From a virus, in the IMG/VR virus record IMGVR_UViG_3300043434_000871, positions 3,347 to 67,346 of that record: 64,000 nt of DNA; one strand, 5' to 3'. Under the pieces are notes generated by a model. That model was given only the letters and a program-made list of their open reading frames with translations. It had not been told where the DNA came from and ran no database searches. The translations under genes and the position numbers were made by a program. Positions 1 to 9,013 of the stretch are shown one piece after another (positions within the stretch are counted from its first letter, which is position 1; every line of letters begins with the position of its first letter).

Positions 1-285
1 GGCTTTGACGGGGATGTCGGCGAAAGCCGCCAAGGTCTGTTCGAAGTGCTGCAAGGCGGAGAGCAAGGCGTGCGGGTCGGTGTCGTCCGCCGCGTTGCTT
101 TGCAGGGCTGCTTGGGCTTCGGTGATCTCTTGCACGCGCTGGGCCATGTCGGTGCTGCCGGCAAGGTAGGCGGTGTTCCAAGTGATGTTGAAGATACGGC
201 GCACGCCTTCGGGGGTGAGCCGGGGGTCGGTGGAGAGTCCCGGATTTTCGCGGAGATAGATCTCCCAGAGTTTTTCTTTATTCAT
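1..285 (-). CDS. Hypothetical early protein (partial, runs off window)
   Basis: ATG at 285 overlaps the TGA of the upstream gene; open to the edge (MNKEKLWEIYLRENPG...). Confidence 0.6.
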   Translation of the reverse strand, partial: MNKEKLWEIYLRENPGLSTDPRLTPEGVRRIFNITWNTAYLAGSTDMAQRVQEITEAQAALQSNAADDTDPHALLSALQHFEQTLAAFADIPVKA

Positions 286-662
286 CAGGTCGAGAGCTTG
301 CGGTTGAGTTTGCGGGCGGTTTTTGCCGCCAAACGCTGCACCAAATAGCAGCAGGTTTCTTCGGCTTTGCGGATGTCTTCGCCGACATGGTCGCGCAGGA
401 AGCTCATGGCGACGTGCACGCACTCGTGCACGAGGGTCATCAAGTTGTCTTGCTCGTCGGACTCGGGCCACGACTCCAGCCAGATAAAGGCGCGGTCTTC
501 GTGGTGCAGGGTCCAGCCTTTGACTCCCGCCAAATCGGCCGGATTGCTGACTTCGCAGTCGGTGTAACGCTTGGCCGCAAGGGCGGCTTTGACCGGGCAC
601 CCCCCGACGACGACACGCATCTGCAAGCCGAACGTGCTTTCGGAGACGGTGACTTGGGCCAT
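285..662 (-). CDS. Small HExxH metallopeptidase-like protein
   Basis: MAQVTVSEST...TLVHECVH...AEETCCYL; start chosen downstream of the TAATAACC motif at 678-685. Confidence 0.6.
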   Translation of the reverse strand: MAQVTVSESTFGLQMRVVVGGCPVKAALAAKRYTDCEVSNPADLAGVKGWTLHHEDRAFIWLESWPESDEQDNLMTLVHECVHVAMSFLRDHVGEDIRKAEETCCYLVQRLAAKTARKLNRKLST

Positions 663-697
663 CGGGGAAGGTTGCACGGTTATTATTAAGGGGCAAC

Positions 698-943
698 TCA
701 TCGGATGGTGCGACCGACGGAAGGGTTGCGGGAGACGATGGACATCATGTGTTTGCGGACGACGGCGTTGAGTTCGTCGTAGACGGCGGGATCCAAGCGG
801 CTGAACTTGTGGTGCCGGGTCTGGTTGGCAAAGTCCATGAGGAATTGTTTGCACGCGGCTTTGTTGACGAAGAAGGAGACGCGGGTGCGGAGTCCTTTTG
901 CCAAGAGGACGCGGTCGTTGGTGGGTGTTTCGGGTAAGTTCAT
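698..943 (-). CDS. Small basic protein, candidate histone fold
   Basis: FFVNKAACKQFL...SRLDPAVYDELNAVVRKHMMSIVSRNPSVGRTIR resembles the helix1-L1-helix2-L2 pattern of bacterial histones. Confidence 0.5.
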   Translation of the reverse strand: MNLPETPTNDRVLLAKGLRTRVSFFVNKAACKQFLMDFANQTRHHKFSRLDPAVYDELNAVVRKHMMSIVSRNPSVGRTIR

Positions 944-947
944 ACAC

Positions 948-1289
948 TTAGAAGCTGTAAGGGTTGAAGGCCGGGCGTGGCAAGGTCGGAGGCGGGGCCA
1001 TCTTCCGCCCTGGGTGCGGCTGCACCCAGACCAAACTGTAGGCTTGAAACCCCGCGGGTTCCGCACTTGGCGGGGGAGGGGGCACGTTGCCACCCCCCTG
1101 CAACTGCGGCGGCACGCAGGCCAGCAAGAGGACCGCGGGGAGCCACGTCGCGAGGCGGTGCAGGAAGTTCCACGCCTTGTCGCGCAGAGACAGGCGAAGT
1201 TGCCGGGGTTTGGAGGCCGCACCCCACAGCGCGATGTAGGCAGCGGGATCGAGGCACGGATTGGATGGGTCGAATTCACGGTAGTTCAT
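948..1289 (-). CDS. Hypothetical membrane-associated, Pro-rich protein
   Basis: AAGGAAA RBS before ATG 1289; hydrophobic WLPAVLLLAC then Pro-rich tail; alternative start at 1394. Confidence 0.5.
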   Translation of the reverse strand: MNYREFDPSNPCLDPAAYIALWGAASKPRQLRLSLRDKAWNFLHRLATWLPAVLLLACVPPQLQGGGNVPPPPPSAEPAGFQAYSLVWVQPHPGRKMAPPPTLPRPAFNPYSF

Positions 1290-1421
1290 ACTTTTGGTTT
1301 CCTTTCTTGGGAGGACCACGCGGGGTTTGAACTTCGAGCCGTCATGCGAAATGACGACCCGAGTGCAAGGGGCCGCGGTGGTCGGTTTGTTCATGTTGGT
1401 TATTACGACAGTGTGGGGTTA

Positions 1422-1767
1422 TTATTCGTTCAAACTATTTGCCTCGTCGGCAAAGATTGTCTGCCACCGGATTGAGTCCCCGTGGTAGATGTGCCGCTCT
1501 TCGGCGTAGCGCAAGGCGTTGATGTGCTTGTCGTTGTTCGGCCAAGCGTTGCTCGCTCCCCGCTCGACGATCGCCGATCGCGTAATACCAACCTGGGCCT
1601 TCCGGCCACAGACTATCGGGATTGTCTTTCTCCTCGGGTGAGACCTCGAAGATCTCGTTGTTGCCAGTAGTGGCGATGTCGAGCAGTTCATCTTCAGTGC
1701 CGATGTAAAGATCGACGCCTCCAATGTGGTTGTTCTTTCCTAACAGGTGCAGTGTTTGTGTGTTCAT
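1422..1767 (-). pseudogene. Early gene frameshifted by a 7-bp tandem duplication
   Basis: CGATCGC x2 at 1568-1581; removing one copy joins the two ORFs into one 112-aa frame (WYYAIVERGASNAWP...). Confidence 0.6.
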
Positions 1768-1812
1768 AGTTCTTGGTTCCTTTCTACTTGGTTCATGGTT
1801 AAGAGGCCAGCA

Positions 1813-2475
1813 CTAGCCTATCGCATCCTCCTCCGCTTCTTCGGCCGTCTCGAACGGTCCGACCGCTTCGGAATCTGGGGCGCAACCGGGGGAGCAGGTC
1901 CACCAGTAATACCCGGCCAGCTTCTTCGCGGCCTCTTCGGTCGCCGGTTCCACTTCGGCCTGATCGTAGTCGCCGGTCAGGGCTTCTTTGACCGCCGCAT
2001 CGAGGAGGTCGGCTTGCCAAGATCCCGGTTCGCCTTCGAGGAATTCCTGAGAGTCCACGTAGAAAATCTCCACGTTCTTCAGCTTCGCCTCCCGGTGTTT
2101 GACCTTCCACTCCTCGAAGATGTCCTCGGCTTTGTCGCGATACCATTCGTTCACCTGTTGCTCGATCCAGTAATAGATCGCGGCCATGCCGTTGTTCTCG
2201 CGAGGGTTATTACCAACCCCGGCGTCTTCGTAGGCTTGCTCAAGCTCGCTGCCGTGGAGATACCAAGCATCGTTGATCTCCTTGGTATAGATCGGCACCG
2301 AACCGTCGATGATCTCGTGGATCGCCCCGGAATAGTTCAGATCGTTTTGTAGATCCGGAACAGAGTCGGGTTCGTTGTCGTCGAGATAACTCTCCAGTTC
2401 GTTCTTCACGTCCTCGATCGCGGACTCAAGCCGCTCTTCAAGGGTGTCGTCGATTTCGATGGTCTTCTTGCTCAT
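1813..2475 (-). CDS. Ocr-like acidic DNA mimic fused to a small C-terminal domain
   Basis: Very acidic; AIHEIIDGSVPIYTKEI...YEDAGV...AAIYYW resembles T7 Ocr AIHMAADNAVPHYYADI...FEDSGL...ARIYEQ; C-terminal GYYWWTCSPGCAPDSEAVGPF. Confidence 0.7.
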   Translation of the reverse strand: MSKKTIEIDDTLEERLESAIEDVKNELESYLDDNEPDSVPDLQNDLNYSGAIHEIIDGSVPIYTKEINDAWYLHGSELEQAYEDAGVGNNPRENNGMAAIYYWIEQQVNEWYRDKAEDIFEEWKVKHREAKLKNVEIFYVDSQEFLEGEPGSWQADLLDAAVKEALTGDYDQAEVEPATEEAAKKLAGYYWWTCSPGCAPDSEAVGPFETAEEAEEDAIG

Positions 2476-2508
2476 GGTAGTGTGTTTCCTTTCTTGGTTA
2501 CGGGGTTA

Positions 2509-2820
2509 TTACAATAGGTTGAGTTGATAGCCGTCTTGCGGCACGGTCTTCACGGTTGCGCGATGCACCACATGCCGAGCGGTGTGTAGCTCGGACGCTT
2601 CGTGATCGCGGAAGAGTTCGAGTAGTGAGGCCAACGCTTCATGCAGCCGTGGAGCCGCGGCCAGCAGATCGGCCTCTTGATGCACCCGCAACCCCGCATC
2701 GCGGAGCCGCAGGTAACGGCGGTCGTTCTCCCCGAGCCGCACGAGATACTCGTCAGCATACGCCGTGGCGGCAAAGCCGACCAACGAGACAAGCTGCGGG
2801 GTCAATGGTTCATGGTTCAT
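2509..2820 (-). CDS. Hypothetical early protein
   Basis: ADLLAAAPRLHEAL motif common in phage early proteins; stop overlaps the TAATAACCCC motif. Confidence 0.6.
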   Translation of the reverse strand: MNHEPLTPQLVSLVGFAATAYADEYLVRLGENDRRYLRLRDAGLRVHQEADLLAAAPRLHEALASLLELFRDHEASELHTARHVVHRATVKTVPQDGYQLNLL

Positions 2821-2832
2821 GGTTCATGGTTC
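2805..2832. repeat. Heptamer tandem repeat (ATGGTTC)x4
   Basis: Read directly; spans the start codon of 2509..2820. Confidence 0.9.
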
Positions 2833-2880
2833 AATCCGTTGGAGGTTGCTTTTGCCGTTTGCAACCTCCAAAGGTTGCTT

Positions 2881-3075
2881 TTAATACCAGCCTTCCGCGG
2901 CATAGAATGGGTGGTAGTTGTTGGACGTCTCGCGAAGCTCGATCACTTTCGCCTTCAACTTTTTAAGGATACGCATCACTTGTTCATCTTTGTTTTCCGG
3001 GTAATCAAATACCCGTTGGCGCATCCTCCTTAGTCGGATTTCGTAAGTCTGAAGTTTCGTGAGTTTCGTTTTCAT
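2881..3075 (-). CDS. Hypothetical basic protein
   Basis: 64-aa ORF filling the gene run. Confidence 0.55.
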   Translation of the reverse strand: MKTKLTKLQTYEIRLRRMRQRVFDYPENKDEQVMRILKKLKAKVIELRETSNNYHPFYAAEGWY

Positions 3076-3101
3076 AGGTTCAATAATAAGAGGCCAGTAG
3101 T

Positions 3102-3506
3102 TCAGGGTTCAGATGTTTCAGCCGCGAAATGGTTGCAGGCTTTCCGGAGTTCGGCCGCGAAGTCGATGTCGGAGCAACTCGCGTAATGCAGGAGGTTGCA
3201 GAGCAAATCGCAAAGCGCGTCTTCGTCGTCGGTGTTGGTCTCTTTGGCGAACCGATCGACAACCCGGATCGCGAGATTGGCGCGATAAGTGTTGTCGCCT
3301 CGGGGATCTTTGTAATAACCGCCGTGTTCCGGGATCACGACGACCGACTTGATGACTTCCGGCAGAAGCTCCTCGGCTTCGCGGACAAGCTCGATCGCAT
3401 CATCTATCGGGTCCGGGTGGTCTTCGTCGGGCTCGGCATCGAACAACGCAACCGCGCCTTCGATGGTGATCTTCAGTTCTTCGAGGATGGGTGTTTTGTT
3501 TTTCAT
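3102..3506 (-). CDS. Hypothetical early protein
   Basis: Acidic; DALCDLLCNLLHY motif typical of phage early proteins. Confidence 0.65.
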   Translation of the reverse strand: MKNKTPILEELKITIEGAVALFDAEPDEDHPDPIDDAIELVREAEELLPEVIKSVVVIPEHGGYYKDPRGDNTYRANLAIRVVDRFAKETNTDDEDALCDLLCNLLHYASCSDIDFAAELRKACNHFAAETSEP

Positions 3507-3520
3507 GGTGGTGTTCAGTG

Positions 3521-3877
3521 TTAAGAGGCCAGCAATGCGGGGTTATTACGCACGGGTTCACTGAAATCGGGTTGGTCAGAGTCAAAAACATCCCAAGCCG
3601 CAATCCAAAGAAGCCGGTGCCAGTTCTGCTCGTCATCGGCGAGTTCTTCGTCGTCCCATGCGCCATACTCGGCCAACTCACGCCGGATGGAGTCGGGAGT
3701 CGGGCCGTTGGGGAAGTTGTCACGCTCGGCTTGGTCGCGCACGGCGTCCACCCAAGCAGCGACGGCTTCGTCGTTGCGTCCCGACTGGGCGATGTCGAGG
3801 ATCGCTTCGCCGGGGATGCGGAATTCAAGGCCGTTGCCAGAGGCCCAGTAGAGTTTATTAGGTTCGATGTTTTTCAT
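3521..3877 (-). CDS. Hypothetical early protein
   Basis: AAAGGAAA RBS; IRRELAEYGAWDDEEL...RLLWIAAWD. Confidence 0.65.
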   Translation of the reverse strand: MKNIEPNKLYWASGNGLEFRIPGEAILDIAQSGRNDEAVAAWVDAVRDQAERDNFPNGPTPDSIRRELAEYGAWDDEELADDEQNWHRLLWIAAWDVFDSDQPDFSEPVRNNPALLAS

Positions 3878-3903
3878 GTGTCTGTTTCCTTTCCTGGTTG
3901 AGG

Positions 3904-4260
3904 TTATTCCAATTCTTTCATCGGCATGGGCGTGAACCACACGTCCACTTCGATGCCGATGCGGAGCGGGCCGGGGATGGAGGCCAACTCCCGCAGGCTG
4001 AAGTAGCCGTATTCTTTCTCGAAGCCTTGCACCAAGCCGAAGCACTCATCGGTGGAGGGATCCCATTCGCTGATGAACCATGTCCACGAGCCGCAGGGGT
4101 CGAAGAGTTTGACCTTGGCGGTCGGTGACTCGGTGCCGGTCGGCGGGACACCGCGCAACTCGCACGCTTTCCGCATGAGTTCGAGCTTCTTCGGGCCAAA
4201 GGTGATGCCGGCTTGGTCGATGTGTTTATCGAGGGTTTCGTTGTCGGGTATGGTATTCAT
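3904..4260 (-). CDS. DUF2958-family protein
   Basis: KLFDPCGSWTWFISEWD...FGLVQGFEKEYGYFSLREL...IEVDVWF. Confidence 0.8.
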   Translation of the reverse strand: MNTIPDNETLDKHIDQAGITFGPKKLELMRKACELRGVPPTGTESPTAKVKLFDPCGSWTWFISEWDPSTDECFGLVQGFEKEYGYFSLRELASIPGPLRIGIEVDVWFTPMPMKELE

Positions 4261-4289
4261 GTGTATTTCCTTTCTTGGTTACGGGGTTA

Positions 4290-4910
4290 TTACTCGGAGT
4301 CTTTGCTTGTCGGAATTCCGACAAGGGCTTCGGACTTCTTTGGTGTGTAGGGCGTGCCGCACGAGGGACACTCGTCGTCGTGCTGGCTGTCGCCTTCGGT
4401 TTGCCACTCAACCTCGCAGTCGAAGCAGTGGTAGACGTTGAGGTAGGAGACGGGGCTGTGTGCTTTTTGGGCTTTGGCGATGGCTTCGCAGGCGATTGTT
4501 TTCACGGCGTCGAGGGCATACCATGTCTTTTTCCCGGTCTCTCGTCGCTCAATGACCCCAGCCTCGCCGATAGCGGCTATCTGTTTAAGAGCAGCCAGCA
4601 ATTCGGGGGCGGCAGCTATAAGATGCGCGTTTGCTAACGCTTCGGGATGCCCTGACTCAATCCCAGAATCGTGAGTGCCAAGGTATTCTTTGATGGCTTC
4701 AAGATTCCAAGGGCCGGGTGTGTGGTGGCTTGTCGGAATTCCGACAATTTTGGCGATGGCTATCTTGAGTTCCTTGATGGTCAGCTTCACGCCTTCCACG
4801 TCCAACGTGACAAACGGATCGTTGGCTCTCTCGACTTCCAACGCACCCTGCAAATCAAGCAGGGCGCACTTGGCGGCGTTGAGAAGTTCTTGGTTGATTG
4901 TCTTTTTCAT
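4290..4910 (-). CDS. Hypothetical mosaic early protein with C-terminal zinc ribbon
   Basis: HTPGPW and ANAHLIAAAPELL motifs; CxxC...CxxC; VGIPT twice, each encoded by a 20-bp palindrome. Confidence 0.65.
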   Translation of the reverse strand: MKKTINQELLNAAKCALLDLQGALEVERANDPFVTLDVEGVKLTIKELKIAIAKIVGIPTSHHTPGPWNLEAIKEYLGTHDSGIESGHPEALANAHLIAAAPELLAALKQIAAIGEAGVIERRETGKKTWYALDAVKTIACEAIAKAQKAHSPVSYLNVYHCFDCEVEWQTEGDSQHDDECPSCGTPYTPKKSEALVGIPTSKDSE

Positions 4911-5200
4911 TGTTCGCTCTTCCTTTCGTTGTTGAGTTTCGGATGCTGTTGCACCCACTTGAGTTCCTTGTGCGCCCTGCTCATCTCAAGCAGGGTTCCT
5001 AACTTGCGCCACGCCTTGCGAGCATGGTCGTGGGCGATGCCATATTGGCAATCGTCCAAAGCGTGCGCTGCACGCTCCATCTCCGCATCAGCAGCATCAA
5101 AGTGCTCCACGATGCACGCTTCATGTTGCATGATGCGGTAGTCCAGCCACGGGATCATCTTGCCGCCCGTGTCGATCGGCTTGAGTAGGAATCGGCTCAT
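4907..5200 (-). CDS. Hypothetical early protein
   Basis: ATG next to palindrome 5205; stop overlaps the next start (ATGA). Confidence 0.6.
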   Translation of the reverse strand: MSRFLLKPIDTGGKMIPWLDYRIMQHEACIVEHFDAADAEMERAAHALDDCQYGIAHDHARKAWRKLGTLLEMSRAHKELKWVQQHPKLNNERKSEQ

Positions 5201-5220
5201 GGTGCTTGTCGAAATTCCGA

Positions 5221-6321
5221 CTACTCGATGCCGGGCATCGTGCGCTGGCTGGCCGGAACCCAGTCGCCCATGCCTTGCAAGCTCTCGGCTTCGGCATCCG
5301 CCGAACGCAGTGCTTTCCACTCGGCTTCGTCGAGGAGATCGTCGTCGAGGTTCTGCTGCGTCATGCCGACATCTTCGGAGCGTGCGGCCAAGCCGTCGTA
5401 ACTACCGCTCGGGACGGGGTAGGTGCGGTAACAGGAGGAGCCGCTCTTGCCGGAGGAATAGACCGAGAACTCGGAGCGGCGTGCTTCCCACGCTTCGTCG
5501 GCCAAGCTGCGGCCGAGGCTGCGCTGGCTGTGCTTGGCTTCGTGTCGGGTGACTTCGCCATGCTGCCATTTGGTGATCGAGTCGGGTTCGCCATGGCCCG
5601 CGGCAAACTCCATCCACGTCCACGGCTCGATGGCGAAGGCTTCGACACCTTTGCAGCCCCACGCATCGGCGATGGCTTCGATGATCGAGGGCTTGGTGCC
5701 GAAGATCCAACGGCCTTTCTTGGTGATGCCAGCGTAGAGCGAGGCCATGGCATCGACGGCAACGATGAGCCGCCCGCGGGGCGACAGGGCCAGAAAGGCC
5801 GCGTAGCCGGTGATGTGTTTCATCGCCGCTTGCTGCGCCTCGCGGTCGCCCGCATGGTCAACCAAGGCGTAGAGCAAGTGCTGCGAGTCGCACGTCGCCT
5901 TGCGGTGCTCCTTGGTTTGCTTGCCGTGCCAGGTGACGACGCCGTTGTGCGCCAACGTCCAGCCTTTGTGCCTGAACGGGTGCGTGTTGGCGAGGTTCAC
6001 GGCACATGTTGCAGTGCGACCATGGACGATGGTCGGCTTGTTGCGGTGGTAGTAACCGGTCTGCTCGCTGCGGTGCGCGGCGGTGAAGGCGGCGTAGCCA
6101 CGACCGGACAGGTCGTAGAGGGAGGGCAGGGTGTCGAGGGATCGGAAGTCCGATGGCTCGACAAATCTGCCGTGAAGCCCGCTCGGGCCGGACTGGGCGA
6201 AACCGAAGCCGCAGCGTTCGGTCTTGCTGATGGCTTCGCACGCCGCGATGAGGGCGCGGTCGGCGGAGTTGCGTGAGAGCGGGGAGTCTTTGCCCGCGGT
6301 CCATCCTGCTAATTTACACAT
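5221..6321 (-). CDS. Class II (Ntn) glutamine amidotransferase
   Basis: N-terminal MC; HGRTAT, NTHPF, LAHNG and CDS motifs. Confidence 0.85.
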   Translation of the reverse strand: MCKLAGWTAGKDSPLSRNSADRALIAACEAISKTERCGFGFAQSGPSGLHGRFVEPSDFRSLDTLPSLYDLSGRGYAAFTAAHRSEQTGYYHRNKPTIVHGRTATCAVNLANTHPFRHKGWTLAHNGVVTWHGKQTKEHRKATCDSQHLLYALVDHAGDREAQQAAMKHITGYAAFLALSPRGRLIVAVDAMASLYAGITKKGRWIFGTKPSIIEAIADAWGCKGVEAFAIEPWTWMEFAAGHGEPDSITKWQHGEVTRHEAKHSQRSLGRSLADEAWEARRSEFSVYSSGKSGSSCYRTYPVPSGSYDGLAARSEDVGMTQQNLDDDLLDEAEWKALRSADAEAESLQGMGDWVPASQRTMPGIE

Positions 6322-6377
6322 GATTTATTTTTCCTTTCGTTTGGTTGTTGGTTTTCTTGTCGGAATTGCGACAAGGG

Positions 6378-7718
6378 TTATTGGTCGGTGGCTTGGGTGG
6401 CGGGTTGGGCGAGGGGAGCGAGTCCGCCACGGCGGTAGCCGGGCAAACGGGTGTCGCTGGCCTCGAACTGCTGCACGAACTCGGCGCACTTGGCCGCGCC
6501 GAAGCGGTCGATGCTGCCGCGCTGGTTGCCGATGGTGCGGGCCTTGGCTTTCAGCGTGTTGAGCAAGGCACGCAACGTGCCGGGCTGGTGCAAGGCGGCC
6601 CACCGATAGAACGATTCCCACGCTTCGACGGCGGTCTCGTTATTGATGGGCGTGGCGCAGTCTCGCTCGGCGTTGTCTTCGCTCCAGAAGGCGATGGCTT
6701 GCATGAGCGAGGCGCGGAAACGCCAGTCGCTCGGCTTGCGGCTCGTGCCCCATAGACGCATCTCGACGGTGCCGGTGCGGCCGAAGGTGTTTGCGCTGAT
6801 GGCCGCAAACTTGACGCTCTGCGCGTCGACCCATGACCCGGTCGCCCCGATCGGGCACCAACGCGAGTGTCGGCGGGTGAGCGGTGCAAGGTAACGAGTC
6901 CACGACAGATGATACCGCAGGGCGTAATAGACGGCGCGGCCGATGGCCTCGTCGCGCTTGCAGTTGAGGTGGATGTGCCCGCCATTGCGCTCGATGGAGC
7001 CGAGGCGATGAACCAAGTTGCACGCAACCTCGGGGATGTTGGCGAAGATGCGGAACCTGATCTCATGCTGGCCGCCGCCGTCGCGGCCGACATCCCAGTA
7101 AGCGGCTTTGTATTGGCGGACAAGGATGGTCGAGACACACTGATCGTCGACGCGCTTGAAGGAACGCAGGCTCGTGGCCTCAAGCTCGCCGCTGCACTCA
7201 TAGAGCGGCAGCTTGTCCCAGTAAGACGGCTCGACTTTCTTCGGCGTGTGATCGCGGAGTATGTCGCGCTCCCATTTTTTGAAGTAAGGCCCAAGATTTT
7301 TGTCGAGTTGCCGTGCGTTGGCCCTGGACAGCCAATCCAACCCGAACTCATCGACGACTCGGGTGATGAGCGTGTCGAGGGTGATGCCGTCCTCGCGGAA
7401 GAGCTTGCGGAAGAACTTGCGCTTGCGGACATAGCGCAAGGCAATCTCAGCCATGAGCCGCCGCGACCGCTGGCGAACCTCGCTCTGCGCGAGTTCATAC
7501 TTGCCGCGAACCCGCTGATACGCCTTGCGGATGACCACTTTTTCGTCCCCTTCCAACAGCCCCCAGTTCGGGGCCATGTCGGGAGAAAAAGGATGCTCGC
7601 GATCCCCCTGGATATTCCATTGACGGCGGAGATACCAATAGGCATACCGCCCGTGATCCGAAAGTGGCATCGGCTTCGACGCGACCTCGGTGAGTGTGAG
7701 TGTGGAGTTATTATCCAT
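6378..7718 (-). CDS. Putative amidoligase (COOH-NH2 ligase type)
   Basis: GELEA, DGG..HEI, GGHIHLN and TVEMRL motifs; adjacent to the amidotransferase. Confidence 0.7.
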   Translation of the reverse strand: MDNNSTLTLTEVASKPMPLSDHGRYAYWYLRRQWNIQGDREHPFSPDMAPNWGLLEGDEKVVIRKAYQRVRGKYELAQSEVRQRSRRLMAEIALRYVRKRKFFRKLFREDGITLDTLITRVVDEFGLDWLSRANARQLDKNLGPYFKKWERDILRDHTPKKVEPSYWDKLPLYECSGELEATSLRSFKRVDDQCVSTILVRQYKAAYWDVGRDGGGQHEIRFRIFANIPEVACNLVHRLGSIERNGGHIHLNCKRDEAIGRAVYYALRYHLSWTRYLAPLTRRHSRWCPIGATGSWVDAQSVKFAAISANTFGRTGTVEMRLWGTSRKPSDWRFRASLMQAIAFWSEDNAERDCATPINNETAVEAWESFYRWAALHQPGTLRALLNTLKAKARTIGNQRGSIDRFGAAKCAEFVQQFEASDTRLPGYRRGGLAPLAQPATQATDQ

Positions 7719-7849
7719 GTTTGTTTCTTTCTTCTTTGGTTGTTTTGTTTTGCTTGACGCAATTCCGACAATTTTGCCGGAGGCGATTGGACAAGCCTTC
7801 CGCCCCCTCGCAGGGAAGGGGCGGTGTGGCTTGCACAGTTACAGGGTTA

Positions 7850-8209
7850 TTACTTGTCTTCGAACTGCGCGGCGTAGGTCTTGGGATTGATCCACCCATC
7901 CACCGGGACTTCGAGCGGATGATTCCACGCGAGGCGCAAATCCCCGTTGCGGGTGGACGTGTTCACCTTGGTCACTCCACGATCGCGGAACACGGCGAAC
8001 CCTCGCCGCTGGCCAACGCCGTTGATGCGCTCGCGGGTGATCACCGTGTCCCACCCGGCCAGCGTGATCTCGATCTCGCCATTGTCCGCATGGCGCACGA
8101 TCGGGTTGCCATGCAACCAAATCGTCGTGCCATCGGTGCGCGTGTTGCCGCACTTGCGGGGTCGCCGATTGCAAAACGCATCAGCTATCTCTCTCGTTAC
8201 TTTTCTCAT
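7850..8209 (-). CDS. Hypothetical early protein
   Basis: WLHGNPI...LAGWDTVITRERING, a recurrent phage early-protein pattern. Confidence 0.7.
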   Translation of the reverse strand: MRKVTREIADAFCNRRPRKCGNTRTDGTTIWLHGNPIVRHADNGEIEITLAGWDTVITRERINGVGQRRGFAVFRDRGVTKVNTSTRNGDLRLAWNHPLEVPVDGWINPKTYAAQFEDK

Positions 8210-8267
8210 GCTGTCTCTCTTTCTAATTGTCGGAATTCCGACAAGGTTACAGGGTTAATACTTTCAA

Positions 8268-8390
8268 TCACAAAGCCAGCAGCAACGCGCCGGCCAAGAG
8301 CAACCCCAAGACGAAGAAAATCTCGCCAAGGGTGTTGATAAGTTGCGCGACCGCCCGGCCGCGCTCAGTTTGAACTCGATGTTTTCTCAT
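8268..8390 (-). CDS. Small membrane protein (40 aa)
   Basis: MRKHRVQ...IFFVLGLLLAGALLLAL; follows the TAATAACCC motif. Confidence 0.5.
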   Translation of the reverse strand: MRKHRVQTERGRAVAQLINTLGEIFFVLGLLLAGALLLAL

Positions 8391-8404
8391 GGGTTACAGG
8401 GTTA

Positions 8405-8620
8405 TTACCCAAGTTTCGCCACCGAGGGAAGCAAATCCGCAAATGGTGTGAACATGTGCGGACGCTGCGCCGCCCGGTAATCCTGGCCGCCGATCAAATC
8501 GACAGCCGCCGCGCAACGCTCTTCCATTGACGGCCGCCGCGGATGCTTCTCCGCGTAACGCTCAAGCCGATAGTCTGTTTTTCTGGCACTCACCAGCATC
8601 ATGTGGATGGTCTTTTTCAT
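8405..8620 (-). CDS. Hypothetical early protein
   Basis: ATG downstream of palindrome 8639. Confidence 0.5.
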   Translation of the reverse strand: MKKTIHMMLVSARKTDYRLERYAEKHPRRPSMEERCAAAVDLIGGQDYRAAQRPHMFTPFADLLPSVAKLG

Positions 8621-8727
8621 TTTGTCTTTGTTTGGTTCCTTCACGGAATTCCGTGAAGCCTTGCCATAATGGGCAAGCCACACGCGCACAACCGCTGTCG
8701 GTTGTGGCGTGTCGTTTGCTCACTTGG

Positions 8728-8871
8728 TTAGAACTCCGTTTCAAGAACGGCGCGGATTTCTTCCGGTGAACGCCGCTCGCGCAAGGCTTGGCACACGTTC
8801 TCGTTCTCCAATGCCAGCGCGGGTTCTATTAACAACTCACCGCAAAGGGCGAGGAATTGCATCTTACTCAT
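8728..8871 (-). CDS. Hypothetical small protein
   Basis: MSKMQFLALCGELLIEPALALENENV. Confidence 0.55.
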   Translation of the reverse strand: MSKMQFLALCGELLIEPALALENENVCQALRERRSPEEIRAVLETEF

Positions 8872-9013
8872 GGTTCTTGCTTCATGGTTCATGCTGCACG
8901 TTGCGTGCGACACGCTTGTCGGTTCAATGGACAAGGCACAACACACGCGCAAGCGGATGGAACGCTTGCGGTGTGCTGGTGCTTTGCTCACTTAACGCAA
9001 TTGCGTGAAGCGA

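Noticed and set aside
5206-7771. Long alternative-frame ORFs here and elsewhere (e.g. 26168..27340, 40011..41306, 53549..54955)
   Set aside because: Shadow ORFs of GC-rich genes with no motifs or RBS.
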